Below are positions 1-9,899 of a stretch of 64,000 nucleotides of DNA, piece by piece; the stretch's first letter is position 1; each line of letters begins with the position of its first letter. The position numbers and the translations under genes are program-made. The notes under the pieces were generated by a model. It ran no database searches. It saw only the letters and a program-made list of their open reading frames with translations, and was not told where the DNA came from. This DNA is from Rhodothermales bacterium (GTDB lineage Bacteria > Bacteroidota > Rhodothermia > Rhodothermales > Bin80). The stretch spans positions 1,761,567 to 1,825,566 of the forward strand of contig OZ241385.1 in assembly GCA_965200825.1 (NCBI GenBank). The letters are read 5' to 3'.

Positions 1-3000
1 TCCCATTGAATTTGATGCGCTCCCCTTGCATAAGGCTGATCCGTCAATGTGGCCACTTTACGGCCCAATACATCAAATACTGTGACCCGAATGTGGCTGT
101 TGTCTCCAACTTTGAAGTTGATGTTTGTAGTCGGATTGAAGGGATTCGGATAATTTCCAGTTAATTCAAAAGATTCAGGTAAAGCTACAAAATCCTGTTC
201 TATATCTGTTTGTACCTCTGCAATATCTAGACTCCAGACTCCACGTCCATGGGTGGCAACAATAATCTGGTCATCAACGATACGAAGGCGCCAGACACTG
301 ACTGCGGGTAATCCATTATCCGCATATGACCAAGTTTCGCCATGATCGCGAGATTCAAAAATACCCATATCGGTCCCAACCCACATGATTCTTGGAATTT
401 CTGGAAAAACCTCAATATCATAAACCCTCGCATTGGGAAAGCCATTGCTGCTCTGACAATTTTCGCTCCCGGCAAAGCCTGAAAGATCCTCCCAAGTCTG
501 TCCCATATCCTCTGTCCGAATCAACTTGGGCCAACAGTATGTTGAAAACATTACATAGGCGGTGGCGCGAGTAAAGGGATGGGTAGCTAAACCGGAGATT
601 ATATTTGTCGGTGCAAAAGTTGCTTTATTCACCGGTCGCATAATCGGCGGTGAATCACCAATTGCTCTTGGTATGGGTGTCAAAGCATTTTCAGATACAC
701 GAAGCATACCCTGATTCCCTTCGCCAAGGACGTTTAATCTATGGCCTCCCCAGACAACCGATGGATCTGCGAGAGATACGCGTACCTTGCCACTCGGTCT
801 CCCCGCAAGTGGTGCCCAAGCCTCAGTATTGGGAGCAGGACGAATTGTATGCCATGAGGCTCCGAAATCAAGCGAGCGAAGCAGGCCCTCCTGTGGTGAT
901 ATAGAGAAAACTGCCTCACCTGATTTGGGTGTCCATGAAAGAGATGTCAAAAATTGACTACCCAAATCCTGGATATTACCGGCTGCTTGCCAATTTTTCC
1001 CACCATCAGTGGAGCGCCACACATTATTAAACTGAATAGACCCCATCAGAGAATCTGCCCCTTTCCAGACTACATCAAACCCATCCCCTCCAAGCATATC
1101 TCTCCATCCTCGCCTGCTATTTGCCATATTCCAGGATGCCCAAGTACCATTGTCCTGTGTACCACCTAGATACATATCAAAACCTGTCCGCTTGGTTGCA
1201 TCATAAAATTGAGAAGTATTAAATCCAGAAGTAGCATCTCCCTCTCTCCAATTCTCTCCATTGTTCCGCGAATAAGCGATCCCGCCATCATTTCCATTCA
1301 GGACATGAAACTCATTGGCAGCTCTGTCAATAGGCAGGGCAATCAGAGCGTGATGATCAACATGAACTACATCATTCTCCCAAGGCTCAATGTCATACGT
1401 CTCCCTCACTACCGCTTCATTGACGAAATCGATATCAAGAATTCCTTCCGATGGAGCACTGGGATCCCATGTAGCACCGTCAACCAGAAATGGCCAATAA
1501 AAATACATTAAACCTTTTCTGAATCCCCCGTTCTCCATAAGTTCGGGTTTCGGAGCAGAGGCATTGTAGTCGTATTTAGAAATGAATATATACTCTCTGC
1601 TGTGCGTGCTTCCAGGACCTTCTGTGTTACCTCCAATCAGACTCCATTGTCCATCCGCTGCCTGATCTCGAAACGAAACCATCAATTGACGATTATTGTC
1701 GGTATCCCAGACTTGAAAGGGTACCTCCACATAGTCTGCATAGATATATTCTGGAAAGCGAATCCCTGCACCTCCATCTCCGGCAGTCCCGCCATTTGGG
1801 GGGACCGTGTAACGATGCGCCATTTGCGTCAATCCGGGGCCAAAACGCATCTCCACGGATACCATATCTTCCACAGCGATGTCTTGCACGTCGTCATTTG
1901 CATCACTATTCAGATAACCTAGGCTGAGCCTCCCGGCCGCTGCATTCGCAGTAAAATTGAAAAAATTCATGAAGGGCGTCAAATTATTAAATGAACTGAC
2001 TCCTGTGACCCGAACCGTAGTGGGTGCTATTTCGCCATCTACCCAGGCTTTGAAACGAAAAACACCTGCAATGTAAACCGTATCTGGTGAAAATGGATGA
2101 ACCAAGATGGTGTTATCATACCACCCCTGGTTCCCGAAAAAAGTTGAAAAACCATCTACGGTGCGATCAAGGAATCGCCAAGTATCTCCGCCATCCGTGG
2201 AGCGGTAGAGATCCGCTACGGGAATAAGGTTTGCTCCTTGCTCAAAAATTCTGCTCCCTGAACCTTCAACAGATGCCCAGATCACCTCTGGGTTCGATGC
2301 TGAAATCGCCAATTCAATTCGACTTCCTCCATGCACCAGCAGTGAAAGAGATTCTTCCCATGTCTTGCCACCATCTGTTGAGCGAAGAATGGGCGCACCA
2401 TTGACTGCGGCAAACTGTATGTTAAAGTTTGTTGGATTTACTCTTAAATCCTGTACTCTGGAGTTGGAGTCATATACTTTCTCAAATGATTTTCCACCAT
2501 CTTCAGTACGAAAAATCCCCCCATTCGTTACCGCTACCACAATATCCGGATTGTCAGGATGTATCACCAGGCGATTGATGAAGCGCCAGTCCGAAAAGCC
2601 TTCCACTGCGGTGGCTTCCAGAAGGGTCCAATTTTCCCCTTTATCAGTCGTCTTAAACATACCCAGCCCACCAGCAGCATCAATATTGAAAAACCCCTCA
2701 CCTGTCCCCAAATACATGATATTAGGACTGCTTTGGGAGATATCAAGTGTCGTTGCAGCAAGTGTCGGCAGTTTATCCGTAAGAGGAGTCCATTCAATTC
2801 TCTCTTGATCATTATCGCCAATGATACGCTGTCCTCTCCATACGCCGCCACCGACCGAAGCGACATACCATGTATTGGCGAGCGGGTCCTCTGGATCAAG
2901 TACAACCGCACGGGTTCTCCCTCCAACATTCCCTGGACCACGTTCCTTCCAATCTAGCCCGATTGAGCTTTTGCCGAGCCTGGCATTTCGTAAAAGTGCT

Positions 3001-3269
3001 CTCTGAAATTCTCGCATTCTGGAACCATGCGGATATGGCTGATATCCTTCGTTAAGCCCCTCAATCTCCGCGAAATACTCTATAAACTTGTCAGGATACC
3101 CGTATGGATCCTTGACGTGTTGTGATTTTTCAGATCTGACCAATTCTGGATCTATCTGGCTGGAGATTTCAGGAAGGTATAAGACGGCACCAATTACAGA
3201 TGCAATCAGAAAAAAACCTCCTATCCCAATAAAAGCGATCTCTTGACGAAGTAGCGATTTCATATTCAT
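1..3269 (-). CDS. Secreted BNR/Asp-box (sortilin/VPS10-like) repeat protein with T9SS C-terminal sorting domain; the 3' end runs off the left edge
   Basis: Absent from the supplied ORF track because it has no stop inside the window. Manual minus-strand translation from the ATG at 3269 gives MNMKSLLRQEIAFIGIGGFFLIASV (signal/anchor), then GPGNVGGRTRAVVLDPEDP. Asp-boxes TTDKGENW and RSTDGGKNW (990-1016) follow. The same frame at the left edge reads ELTGNYPNPFNPTTNINFKVGDNSHIRVTVFDVLGRKVATL, a Por/T9SS CTD signature. I checked the frame at both ends and at one internal point, not every codon. Confidence 0.8.
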   Translation of the reverse strand, partial: MNMKSLLRQEIAFIGIGGFFLIASVIGAVLYLPEISSQIDPELVRSEKSQHVKDPYGYPDKFIEYFAEIEGLNEGYQPYPHGSRMREFQRALLRNARLGKSSIGLDWKERGPGNVGGRTRAVVLDPEDPLANTWYVASVGGGVWRGQRIIGDNDQERIEWTPLTDKLPTLAATTLDISQSSPNIMYLGTGEGFFNIDAAGGLGMFKTTDKGENWTLLEATAVEGFSDWRFINRLVIHPDNPDIVVAVTNGGIFRTEDGGKSFEKVYDSNSRVQDLRVNPTNFNIQFAAVNGAPILRSTDGGKTWEESLSLLVHGGSRIELAISASNPEVIWASVEGSGSRIFEQGANLIPVADLYRSTDGGDTWRFLDRTVDGFSTFFGNQGWYDNTILVHPFSPDTVYIAGVFRFKAWVDGEIAPTTVRVTGVSSFNNLTPFMNFFNFTANAAAGRLSLGYLNSDANDDVQDIAVEDMVSVEMRFGPGLTQMAHRYTVPPNGGTAGDGGAGIRFPEYIYADYVEVPFQVWDTDNNRQLMVSFRDQAADGQWSLIGGNTEGPGSTHSREYIFISKYDYNASAPKPELMENGGFRKGLMYFYWPFLVDGATWDPSAPSEGILDIDFVNEAVVRETYDIEPWENDVVHVDHHALIALPIDRAANEFHVLNGNDGGIAYSRNNGENWREGDATSGFNTSQFYDATKRTGFDMYLGGTQDNGTWASWNMANSRRGWRDMLGGDGFDVVWKGADSLMGSIQFNNVWRSTDGGKNWQAAGNIQDLGSQFLTSLSWTPKSGEAVFSISPQEGLLRSLDFGASWHTIRPAPNTEAWAPLAGRPSGKVRVSLADPSVVWGGHRLNVLGEGNQGMLRVSENALTPIPRAIGDSPPIMRPVNKATFAPTNIISGLATHPFTRATAYVMFSTYCWPKLIRTEDMGQTWEDLSGFAGSENCQSSNGFPNARVYDIEVFPEIPRIMWVGTDMGIFESRDHGETWSYADNGLPAVSVWRLRIVDDQIIVATHGRGVWSLDIAEVQTDIEQDFVALPESFELTGNYPNPFNPTTNINFKVGDNSHIRVTVFDVLGRKVATLTDQPYARGAHQIQW

Positions 3270-3691
3270 TAGTTATTTATGGCTGTCTATGGTTGGACAA
3301 TAACTGGTAATATAAAGCGAGAAAAATTAAGATGCACGCATAAACATTCCGGCGATTTCCGTTCAATTCATCGTGGAGTTTATCATGAAAAATCTTGATC
3401 ATTCAGATCGTAACGAACCAAATCCTTCTCACAGTGAGAAGCTCAACCAATATTGGAGGAAACCTGTTCTATTCATTCTGTCCGGCTGTGAGAGATTCAA
3501 TGTAAAAACTGTACCCAAATGTTGTCCGCATTTTTTGACGTCATACATAAGGTGACAGTTTTCATCTTTTCCAACTTGTACTCCGTTTGCATCAATACAA
3601 AAAGATGGCATGACCAGAGTGATCCCCGGCCTCGCGAAAGAGATTGATCATATACTGATTTGTTATATCCCGCAAACGACTAACTTCTTCC

Positions 3692-4201
3692 TCATGCTTC
3701 CGTTTCAGCCTGCCGAACCCTAAATGGCACGACCGTATCATTGAGTCGAAGTGAGTAATGCCCCTGCTTAAATCCGCCTTCCAACATCAAATAGAGCCGA
3801 TACGGGTGTAGTACCGTTGCGCATACACTTGATTGAAGACGTCGCATTTCTAATGTTGCAGTGATAATATTTTCCGTCTTTTTTTGATTGAACGCATGCA
3901 GTTCCATGCATGCATCTGGTAACCTGCCCTTGACCAAAATCTCTACCGCGACCGTATCCTGCTCCAATGGAATCAGATTAGACCGAACAATTACATGATC
4001 AAATGTAGCCGGAAAATACATAAAATCCGCCTCCACATCCGGTTTATTGATCTTGACGGTGGTATACCCATCCGGCGCGATTCCTTCATAACGATGCCCA
4101 TACTGCATATCTGGATCCGTCGAAACCACAGATCTTGGTGCACTGCATGCAGCTAGAAATAGCAGAAAAAGTACAGTAGTTGAAACATACTTGATCGTCA
4201 T
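3692..4201 (-). CDS. Hypothetical lipoprotein
   Basis: 169-aa ORF. The N-terminus MTIKYVSTTVLFLLFLAACSAP carries a lipobox (LAAC). I recognise no family. Confidence 0.6.
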   Translation of the reverse strand: MTIKYVSTTVLFLLFLAACSAPRSVVSTDPDMQYGHRYEGIAPDGYTTVKINKPDVEADFMYFPATFDHVIVRSNLIPLEQDTVAVEILVKGRLPDACMELHAFNQKKTENIITATLEMRRLQSSVCATVLHPYRLYLMLEGGFKQGHYSLRLNDTVVPFRVRQAETEA

Positions 4202-4635
4202 GGATCAAGCATTTTAACGGGCTCCTCCCCAACCTTTTCTATCGGCGCATCACTCCATAGCCGCTCAAGGTCATAAAATTCACGCCTCTCTAGAGTAAAT
4301 ATATGGACGACTACATCAACATAATCAATTAATACCCACTGACGATGTTCTGCACCCTCGATGTGCCAGGGACTCTCTCTGCATTCAAGTTTGAGTCGCT
4401 TTTCAACGGACTCTGCGATCGCTTTGACCTGTATATCAGAGGTTCCCGAACACAGGATGAAATAATCTGCCAAACCGCTGATCTCCTGCATATCCATAAT
4501 AACTACATCCACCGCTTTCTTTTCCTGAACGGCTATCAGAGCTTCGCAAGCAAGAGTTTTTGAGGGCAAGGCCCCCAAGCGCTGTTTATCAGAGGTATCC
4601 TTAGACGTATAAAATGGAGATTCAGTTGATAACAT
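4198..4635 (-). CDS. rsfS: Ribosomal silencing factor RsfS (iojap-like)
   Basis: Core sequence KKAVDVVIMDMQEISGLADYFILCSGTSDIQVKAIAESV...WVLIDYVDVVVHIFTLERREFYDLERLW is typical RsfS. The track ORF extends to 4704, but that extension overlaps the upstream gene. I chose the internal Met (MLSTESP) at 4635. Confidence 0.85.
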   Translation of the reverse strand: MLSTESPFYTSKDTSDKQRLGALPSKTLACEALIAVQEKKAVDVVIMDMQEISGLADYFILCSGTSDIQVKAIAESVEKRLKLECRESPWHIEGAEHRQWVLIDYVDVVVHIFTLERREFYDLERLWSDAPIEKVGEEPVKMLDP

Positions 4636-5140
4636 CCAAATCTGAACTGATTGTGGTGTCACTGGGAGCCGAAAACGGAGGAATAATTCCATAATCTTTC
4701 CCAAGAATTACAGAAACATCCAGATGAAATTCAGTTCGAACATCCTGTTGGATACGCTCAGGCGGCAAACCAAGTGAGGCGGCAACTTGTTCAGCAATTT
4801 CGTGACGGCCTATCCGGTCCACGATGATTGTCTGTTCAACATCAAACGATACGTGGTTCCCCACAGCCACAACATCATATCCTTTTGAACGCAGATAGGA
4901 TCTCATTTGCTCTGCTACCCCTTGAACCCCCACACCATTACGAACCTCAACCTGATATACATCACTGGCATCAGGGTACTCTATCTCGGGGGAAAATTCC
5001 ACAGTGGAAGCCACCTGATTGGGTAAAACAGCATCCCTTATAGCAGGAATGTTCACTAGGGAAGAGACAATCAAGACGGTGATTGCGACAGCCAAAATGG
5101 CTAGGAAAATATCAAGACTGAAGGCCTTTAATCGGCTCAT
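4622..5140 (-). CDS. LytR_C (cell-envelope-related attenuator C-terminal) domain membrane protein
   Basis: N-terminal TM helix (IFLAILAVAITVLIVSSLV), then VEVRNGVGVQGVAEQMRSYLRSKGYDVVAVGN...IIVDR, the LytR_C pattern. Confidence 0.7.
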   Translation of the reverse strand: MSRLKAFSLDIFLAILAVAITVLIVSSLVNIPAIRDAVLPNQVASTVEFSPEIEYPDASDVYQVEVRNGVGVQGVAEQMRSYLRSKGYDVVAVGNHVSFDVEQTIIVDRIGRHEIAEQVAASLGLPPERIQQDVRTEFHLDVSVILGKDYGIIPPFSAPSDTTISSDLDVIN

Positions 5141-5167
5141 AAGTACTCCGATCGCCTCCTGCTAGAA

Positions 5168-5680
5168 TCAATAATTTCTTCCAAAATACCCGGGATGTCG
5201 ATACCCATAGTAGCCGTACCCCATCATCCCGCGATAGGCGTAGGGATCCTGTCTGACCTGGAAATTTAATTGAACTCGTTCAGATGGTTTCCAGGTTACT
5301 TCGGCATTACGCAAGAAGACTTGGGGAGCCTGCTGTGCAAAGCCCGAATTCCTTGCAATCTGATTCTGAGGAGAATATGCAACGGCAACATCCATCCGGG
5401 CAGCCAGTTTTGAGCTAAATTGCCACGCCATTGTATTGGTATACATTCCCATTGAATATCCATTACCTCCAAAGGAACCTGTTGTCATTTCAAAGCTATG
5501 GCTCATTTGGAAGACACTCGGGTTAAAGATTCTATTCAAGAATGCACCAACTTTATTGGATGTGTCATACAGCCTGGTTTTCGGGAATTCACTTGGAACT
5601 TCTCCTCTGAACTGAGCTTCGGCGGGTAATGTCAGAAAGACTGAAACAATAATAAAAAGTAAATTCCTGTGCATCATCAA
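5168..5680 (-). CDS. Hypothetical secreted protein (Gly/Tyr-rich C-terminus)
   Basis: 170-aa ORF with a signal peptide, MMMHRNLLFIIVSVFLTLPAEAQF. The C-terminus is PYAYRGMMGYGYYGYRHPGYFGRNY. No family recognised. Confidence 0.55.
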   Translation of the reverse strand: MMMHRNLLFIIVSVFLTLPAEAQFRGEVPSEFPKTRLYDTSNKVGAFLNRIFNPSVFQMSHSFEMTTGSFGGNGYSMGMYTNTMAWQFSSKLAARMDVAVAYSPQNQIARNSGFAQQAPQVFLRNAEVTWKPSERVQLNFQVRQDPYAYRGMMGYGYYGYRHPGYFGRNY

Positions 5681-5800
5681 GAAATATCTTCAGTTGAGAG
5701 ACGGGGAAATATAAGATAGATTGCTATTATTGTCAATACCCATTAACTCTTTGATTGTTCACTAAACACTTGAGTATAGAGCTCGCATACAACTACACCA

Positions 5801-6109
5801 ATGAAGCCGACATCGTCGTCGCAAAAAGTTTCCGAAAAAGACATTGAGCCCTACAGGGCGCAAATTGACAAAATAGATCAAACGCTGGTAAGGCTTTTGA
5901 ATGAGCGTTCCTCCCTGGCGAATAAAATTGGTCGGGTCAAGCAACAACTGGGGCTCCCCATCTATATGCCTGCTCGAGAAAAAAAGGTCATAGAGAACGT
6001 AATTCGCGCGAACCCCGGACCACTCTCCCCTGAAGCTGTACGAAGATTGTTTGAGCGTATTATTGATGAAACCCGTGCACTTGAGCGCCAGAAATATCAA
6101 TCGAAATAG
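5801..6109 (+). CDS. Chorismate mutase (AroQ class, stand-alone)
   Basis: RAQIDKIDQTLVRLLNERSSLANKIGRVKQQLGLPIYMPAREKKVIENV...RRLFERIIDETRALE matches the AroQ helical chorismate mutase pattern. Confidence 0.85.
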   Translation: MKPTSSSQKVSEKDIEPYRAQIDKIDQTLVRLLNERSSLANKIGRVKQQLGLPIYMPAREKKVIENVIRANPGPLSPEAVRRLFERIIDETRALERQKYQSK

Positions 6110-6115
6110 CTGTTC

Positions 6116-7147
6116 ATGCGAAAATTTTTGGTGCTCATATTCAGTACTGCCATTTTGGTCGGAGTCGGATCGTCAATCGTTTGGTTGTTATGGCTTCCAA
6201 ATACACCTTCTTTTGATGAAAATCACTCTTTGCATATTCCACGGGGGAGTTCCTTTACGGATATAGTTGATTCACTTGAAAGCAGAAAACTCATCAATAA
6301 TCTTTGGTCTTTCCGCTTTGTGGCGTCTACAACCGGATGGAATGATCAGATCAAGGCGGGGCACTATGCCTTCTCTTCAAAGCAATCAAATGTGAGCCTT
6401 TTGCAGACGCTGCGCAAGGGCTTACAGACCCCTGTCTCAGTAAGAATTCCTTCCGGATCCCGCCGCCATAGAATGGCCCGTATTGCAGCCTCTAATATGG
6501 CATTTGAGCCCGAAGACTTTCTCGCCGCTCTTGGTGACACCGCTCTAGCTTCGTCACTTAATACAGATACACTCCGCTTATTCAGTTATATGCTACCGGA
6601 AACCTATCAATTTTACTGGTTGACTGAAGCAAAGGATGTGGTACGACGTATTAAAAATGAATTTGACGCATTCTATGAACATGAATTAGCTTCAGAAGCT
6701 GCCAAGCGGGGACTGACACATGAAGAGGTGGTGAGCTTGGCTGCAATTGTTGAATGGGAAACCAATGTGGATGCTGAAAAATCCCGGGTAGCAGGAGTGT
6801 ATCTAAACCGCCTGAGAAAGCGCTGGCCCTTGCAGGCGGATCCCACTGTGCAATATGCTCTGATTGAAATGGAAGGACATACCCGTCGCCTTTTCTATCG
6901 CGACTATCGGATCCGCCATCTATACAATACCTACCTGTATCAAGGGCTACCACCCAGTCCTATTACCAACCCTTCTCCCTCATCCTTGAGAGCAACCGCA
7001 GCAGCCGAAGAACACAACTATATGTTTTTTGTAGCAAATCCTGAGGGTGGCCATTCGTTTAATGTAGACCTTCGCAGCCATAACCAGGATGCGGCTACCC
7101 TGAGGCGTCATGTAGCCGAACAGCGGCGCAAACGTGCGAGCCTATAA
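6116..7147 (+). CDS. mltG: Endolytic murein transglycosylase MltG (YceG-like)
   Basis: N-terminal TM helix. YceG motifs: AGHYAFSSKQSNVSLLQTL, LASIVEWE-like AAIVEWETNVDAEKSRVAGVYLNRL, LQADPTVQYA, YNTYLYQGLPPSPITNP. Confidence 0.9.
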   Translation: MRKFLVLIFSTAILVGVGSSIVWLLWLPNTPSFDENHSLHIPRGSSFTDIVDSLESRKLINNLWSFRFVASTTGWNDQIKAGHYAFSSKQSNVSLLQTLRKGLQTPVSVRIPSGSRRHRMARIAASNMAFEPEDFLAALGDTALASSLNTDTLRLFSYMLPETYQFYWLTEAKDVVRRIKNEFDAFYEHELASEAAKRGLTHEEVVSLAAIVEWETNVDAEKSRVAGVYLNRLRKRWPLQADPTVQYALIEMEGHTRRLFYRDYRIRHLYNTYLYQGLPPSPITNPSPSSLRATAAAEEHNYMFFVANPEGGHSFNVDLRSHNQDAATLRRHVAEQRRKRASL

Positions 7148-7165
7148 CGACAATTATATGAATCT

Positions 7166-7186
7166 GCTCAAATCGCGGTATTGAGC
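7166..7186. terminator. Weak hairpin between convergent mltG and the SDR gene (possible terminator)
   Basis: gctcaa-atcgcggta-ttgagc forms a 6-bp stem. It is followed by gaacttttatttg. The stem is short and the T-run is not adjacent, so this is tentative. Confidence 0.25.
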
Positions 7187-7212
7187 GAACTTTTATTTGA
7201 ACGGGAACGCAG

Positions 7213-7971
7213 TTAATGAACGTAACTGCCAGCATTGATGTCGATTGAGGTACCCGTTGCATGATCCGCTAAACCACTGGCTAAAAGCGTAACCATCGGA
7301 GCAATATCCTCCGGTTCTGTCAAACGACTAAGAGCAAGATCATTCACAACAAATTCTTCTCCATATGCATCGATTGAATCTTGTGCCATGTCGGTTCGGA
7401 CGAAGCCTGGTGCCACTACAAACGCCTTGATTCCATCCCTTCCATAAGCGCGGGCAATACTGCGTGTCAGCGAAACCACCGCACCCTTTGATGCAGCATA
7501 GATCATATACTCCGCTGTGTCTCCACGAAAAGCAGCACGTGATGCGATATTGATAATACAGCCTCCGCCTTGAGTTTGATACTGCTCAATTGCAAAACGA
7601 CATAAAAGTGCAGTCGCCCGAGCATTAACCGCCATGGTTTTTTCCCATGCTTCAAGCCAGCTGCTCATGGATTCCGAATCATCAACAAATTGAGCGATTC
7701 CCGCATTGTTGACCAGAATATCTATTCGTCCATATCTGCTGATTACGTCTTGCAGAAGTATGTTACACGCACGAGCTTCGGATAAATCTGCCTGAAATAT
7801 ATCAGCATGCTCTCCAAGCTCTATAACAATTTGATCAGCCAGAACAGTATTCCTGTTACAATGCACAGCAACCCGAGCACCAGCCTGAGCCAAACTGACC
7901 GCAATGGCCTTCCCAATACCGCGACTCGCACCGGTTACCAATGCAACCTTGCCTTTGAGGTCGATATTCAT
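7213..7971 (-). CDS. Short-chain dehydrogenase/reductase (FabG-like SDR)
   Basis: TGASRGIG cofactor motif, NNAG, and the catalytic YAASKGAV (YxxxK). Confidence 0.85.
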   Translation of the reverse strand: MNIDLKGKVALVTGASRGIGKAIAVSLAQAGARVAVHCNRNTVLADQIVIELGEHADIFQADLSEARACNILLQDVISRYGRIDILVNNAGIAQFVDDSESMSSWLEAWEKTMAVNARATALLCRFAIEQYQTQGGGCIINIASRAAFRGDTAEYMIYAASKGAVVSLTRSIARAYGRDGIKAFVVAPGFVRTDMAQDSIDAYGEEFVVNDLALSRLTEPEDIAPMVTLLASGLADHATGTSIDINAGSYVH

Positions 7972-8045
7972 TTTACAAATTGGGTTAAATCATTCCCCTG
8001 AATTCCATCCACACATATACGAAAGCATAAGCCTCTTGATGGGGC

Positions 8046-8567
8046 TTAATCAACAGTTTCTCCTGAACGGCGCCAAACCGGTACACTTGAACATGGCTCC
8101 CCAAACATTACCTTGCGGGCCGTCTTCTGCAATTCGTACATAGCCCGAATATATGCGCTCTCAGGTACAATCCCTGAACCACACCCCTTCACCACAACAA
8201 TTCTGTTGGAAAATTTTGTCCAATCTTCCGCATCCAGAGCTCGGGAAAATTGTTCTCGTAACACATCAAATTTTCTTCCCATTGTAATTGTCCTTGCACC
8301 ATCAATACGGGAGGCAATAAGCATATAGGCCCACACAGGTACCAATGCATCCGAGCTGCAATAAAGAGCAACATGGATCCCGTTGAAAACTCCCCAATCA
8401 TAAGTATTTACCTGTGACCGGAAAGACTTTTCCCTCAAAAGAATTCCATGCTCAAGAAAAGAAGCTATGTCCATTTCTCGAACTTCATGTCCATCCCAGA
8501 GCAACTCCAAATCGTAAACTTGTATCCCGCTTCGGGTAACACGATTAACTATTTCTGTCTGACTCAT
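8046..8567 (-). CDS. DUF2480 family protein
   Basis: 173-aa ORF resembling the DUF2480 family of Bacteroidota-type genomes, from memory of that family. It is translationally coupled (4-nt overlap) to the upstream cysteine desulfurase. Confidence 0.55.
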   Translation of the reverse strand: MSQTEIVNRVTRSGIQVYDLELLWDGHEVREMDIASFLEHGILLREKSFRSQVNTYDWGVFNGIHVALYCSSDALVPVWAYMLIASRIDGARTITMGRKFDVLREQFSRALDAEDWTKFSNRIVVVKGCGSGIVPESAYIRAMYELQKTARKVMFGEPCSSVPVWRRSGETVD

Positions 8568-9709
8568 GCAGCTTTAGTGTATAATCTGTTGACGGCATTG
8601 ATGATCAATTCGGATGCCTCGATTATTTCTTCTTGGGTCGTAGGACGCCCTAGACTGATTCGCAAAGTTTGCCCCGCAACCTCTGCTTCTACCCCCATAG
8701 CCGAGAGTACTGAACTGGGCATTCGCTGCCCCGCTCCACATGCGCTTCCGGTGCCTACTGCCAATGTTCGGATGGAAAGAAGAAGTCGTTCGATGTTCAA
8801 ATTTGGGAATGAAATGCTACTTGTTTGGGGAAGCCTTTTGGCCTCAATACCATGAATTCGCACCTCAATGCCCGCTTCAATTAAACTTTGCTCAAATCTG
8901 TCACGTAACACTGAAAGATGAAAATTATCTCGTTCAATCTCTAGTTTCGCGAGTCGAAAAGCCTCGCCCATTCCGACAATCCCTGGAACATTGTGGGTAC
9001 CACTACGCTGTCCTCGCTCTTGTCCCCCTCCATCTATTAATGGACTGTATCGCATTCGACCACGAACGAACATTGCACCGATCCCCTTCGGACCATAGAC
9101 CTTGTGACCACTGCAAACTAGGACATCTATACCTTCTACCGACACTGGCAGTTTCCCGATTGCTTGGGTAGCATCCGTCATGAAGGGAATCCCTCGCTCT
9201 TGAACCAATTCAGAAACCTCTGTGATCGGCTGAATTACCCCTGTCTCATTATTAGCCCACATGACGCAAACCAGTACTGTCTCTTCTGTCAGACTATTTT
9301 TCAGTTCGTCGAGACACAAGATCCCATTTGAATCAACGGGCAAATAGGTGACACGCCAGCCCCGCCTCTCCAGATACTGGCATACATGGGTTACGGCGCT
9401 GTGCTCCGTTTGTACGGTCACAATGTGATGTCCCCGCCGGGAATAGGCCTCAGCCACACCCTTGATTGCTGTATTGATCCCTTCCGTAGCACCACTTGTA
9501 AATATAATTTCATTTGGTCGAGAGGCACCAATACACTCCGCAACTTCTGAGCGGGCTCTTTCTACCGCAGCATTTGCCACCCATCCATACATATGGGCGT
9601 GGCTAGAGGGATTCCCATAATGCTCCGTGAAATAGGGCAACATCTTTTCCATGACGCGAGGGTCAACCGGCGTCGTAGCATTATAATCCAAGTAGATTGC
9701 AGCTGACAT
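8564..9709 (-). CDS. Cysteine desulfurase (NifS/IscS-like, class V aminotransferase)
   Basis: IYLDYNATTPVDPRV, FTSGATEGINTAIKG, SGHKVYGPKGIGAMF (PLP-Lys), and RSGTHNVPGIVG...GSACGAG active-site Cys loop. Confidence 0.9.
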   Translation of the reverse strand: MSAAIYLDYNATTPVDPRVMEKMLPYFTEHYGNPSSHAHMYGWVANAAVERARSEVAECIGASRPNEIIFTSGATEGINTAIKGVAEAYSRRGHHIVTVQTEHSAVTHVCQYLERRGWRVTYLPVDSNGILCLDELKNSLTEETVLVCVMWANNETGVIQPITEVSELVQERGIPFMTDATQAIGKLPVSVEGIDVLVCSGHKVYGPKGIGAMFVRGRMRYSPLIDGGGQERGQRSGTHNVPGIVGMGEAFRLAKLEIERDNFHLSVLRDRFEQSLIEAGIEVRIHGIEAKRLPQTSSISFPNLNIERLLLSIRTLAVGTGSACGAGQRMPSSVLSAMGVEAEVAGQTLRISLGRPTTQEEIIEASELIINAVNRLYTKAA

Positions 9710-9824
9710 GATATCAAAAGCCTGTGAATCCTACCCTCACTGAAAATATGAGGTTCCGAGAAAATTTGAACAATCATAGTCCGTTGGCAACCCGCGAAGG
9801 TAATCGCAGGTAAAAGATCACTCT

Positions 9825-9897
9825 GCCGCGTTCGTCTAGGGGTCTAGGACGCCGGCCTCTCACGCCGGTAACACGGGTTCAAATCCCGTACGCGGTA
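9825..9897 (+). tRNA. tRNA-Glu (anticodon CTC)
   Basis: GCCGCGTTCGTCTAGGGGTCTAGGACGCCGGCCTCTCACGCCGGTAACACGGGTTCAAATCCCGTACGCGGTA folds as a cloverleaf by hand. The anticodon arm is CCGGC-CTCTCAC-GCCGG, and the sequence is very similar to canonical bacterial tRNA-Glu. No CCA is encoded. Confidence 0.9.
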
Positions 9898-9899
9898 CA

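Noticed and set aside
392-3055. Many plus-strand ORFs of 60-147 aa across the first 3 kb.
   Set aside because: They are antisense or shadow frames of the long minus-strand BNR/T9SS gene. Their composition is low-complexity and carries no recognisable motifs.
3373-3691. Small ORFs between the BNR gene and the lipoprotein gene. The minus strand reads ...RLRDITNQYMINLFREAG, then in another frame MPSFCIDANGVQVGKDENCHLMYDVKKCGQHLG, which hints at a frameshifted small Cys-rich gene.
   Set aside because: I could not match either piece to a known family, and the two-frame reading may be coincidence. It is not reported as a feature.
5762-6100. 112-aa minus-strand ORF overlapping the chorismate mutase gene.
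   Set aside because: The plus-strand product has a clear AroQ chorismate mutase signature. The antisense ORF has none.
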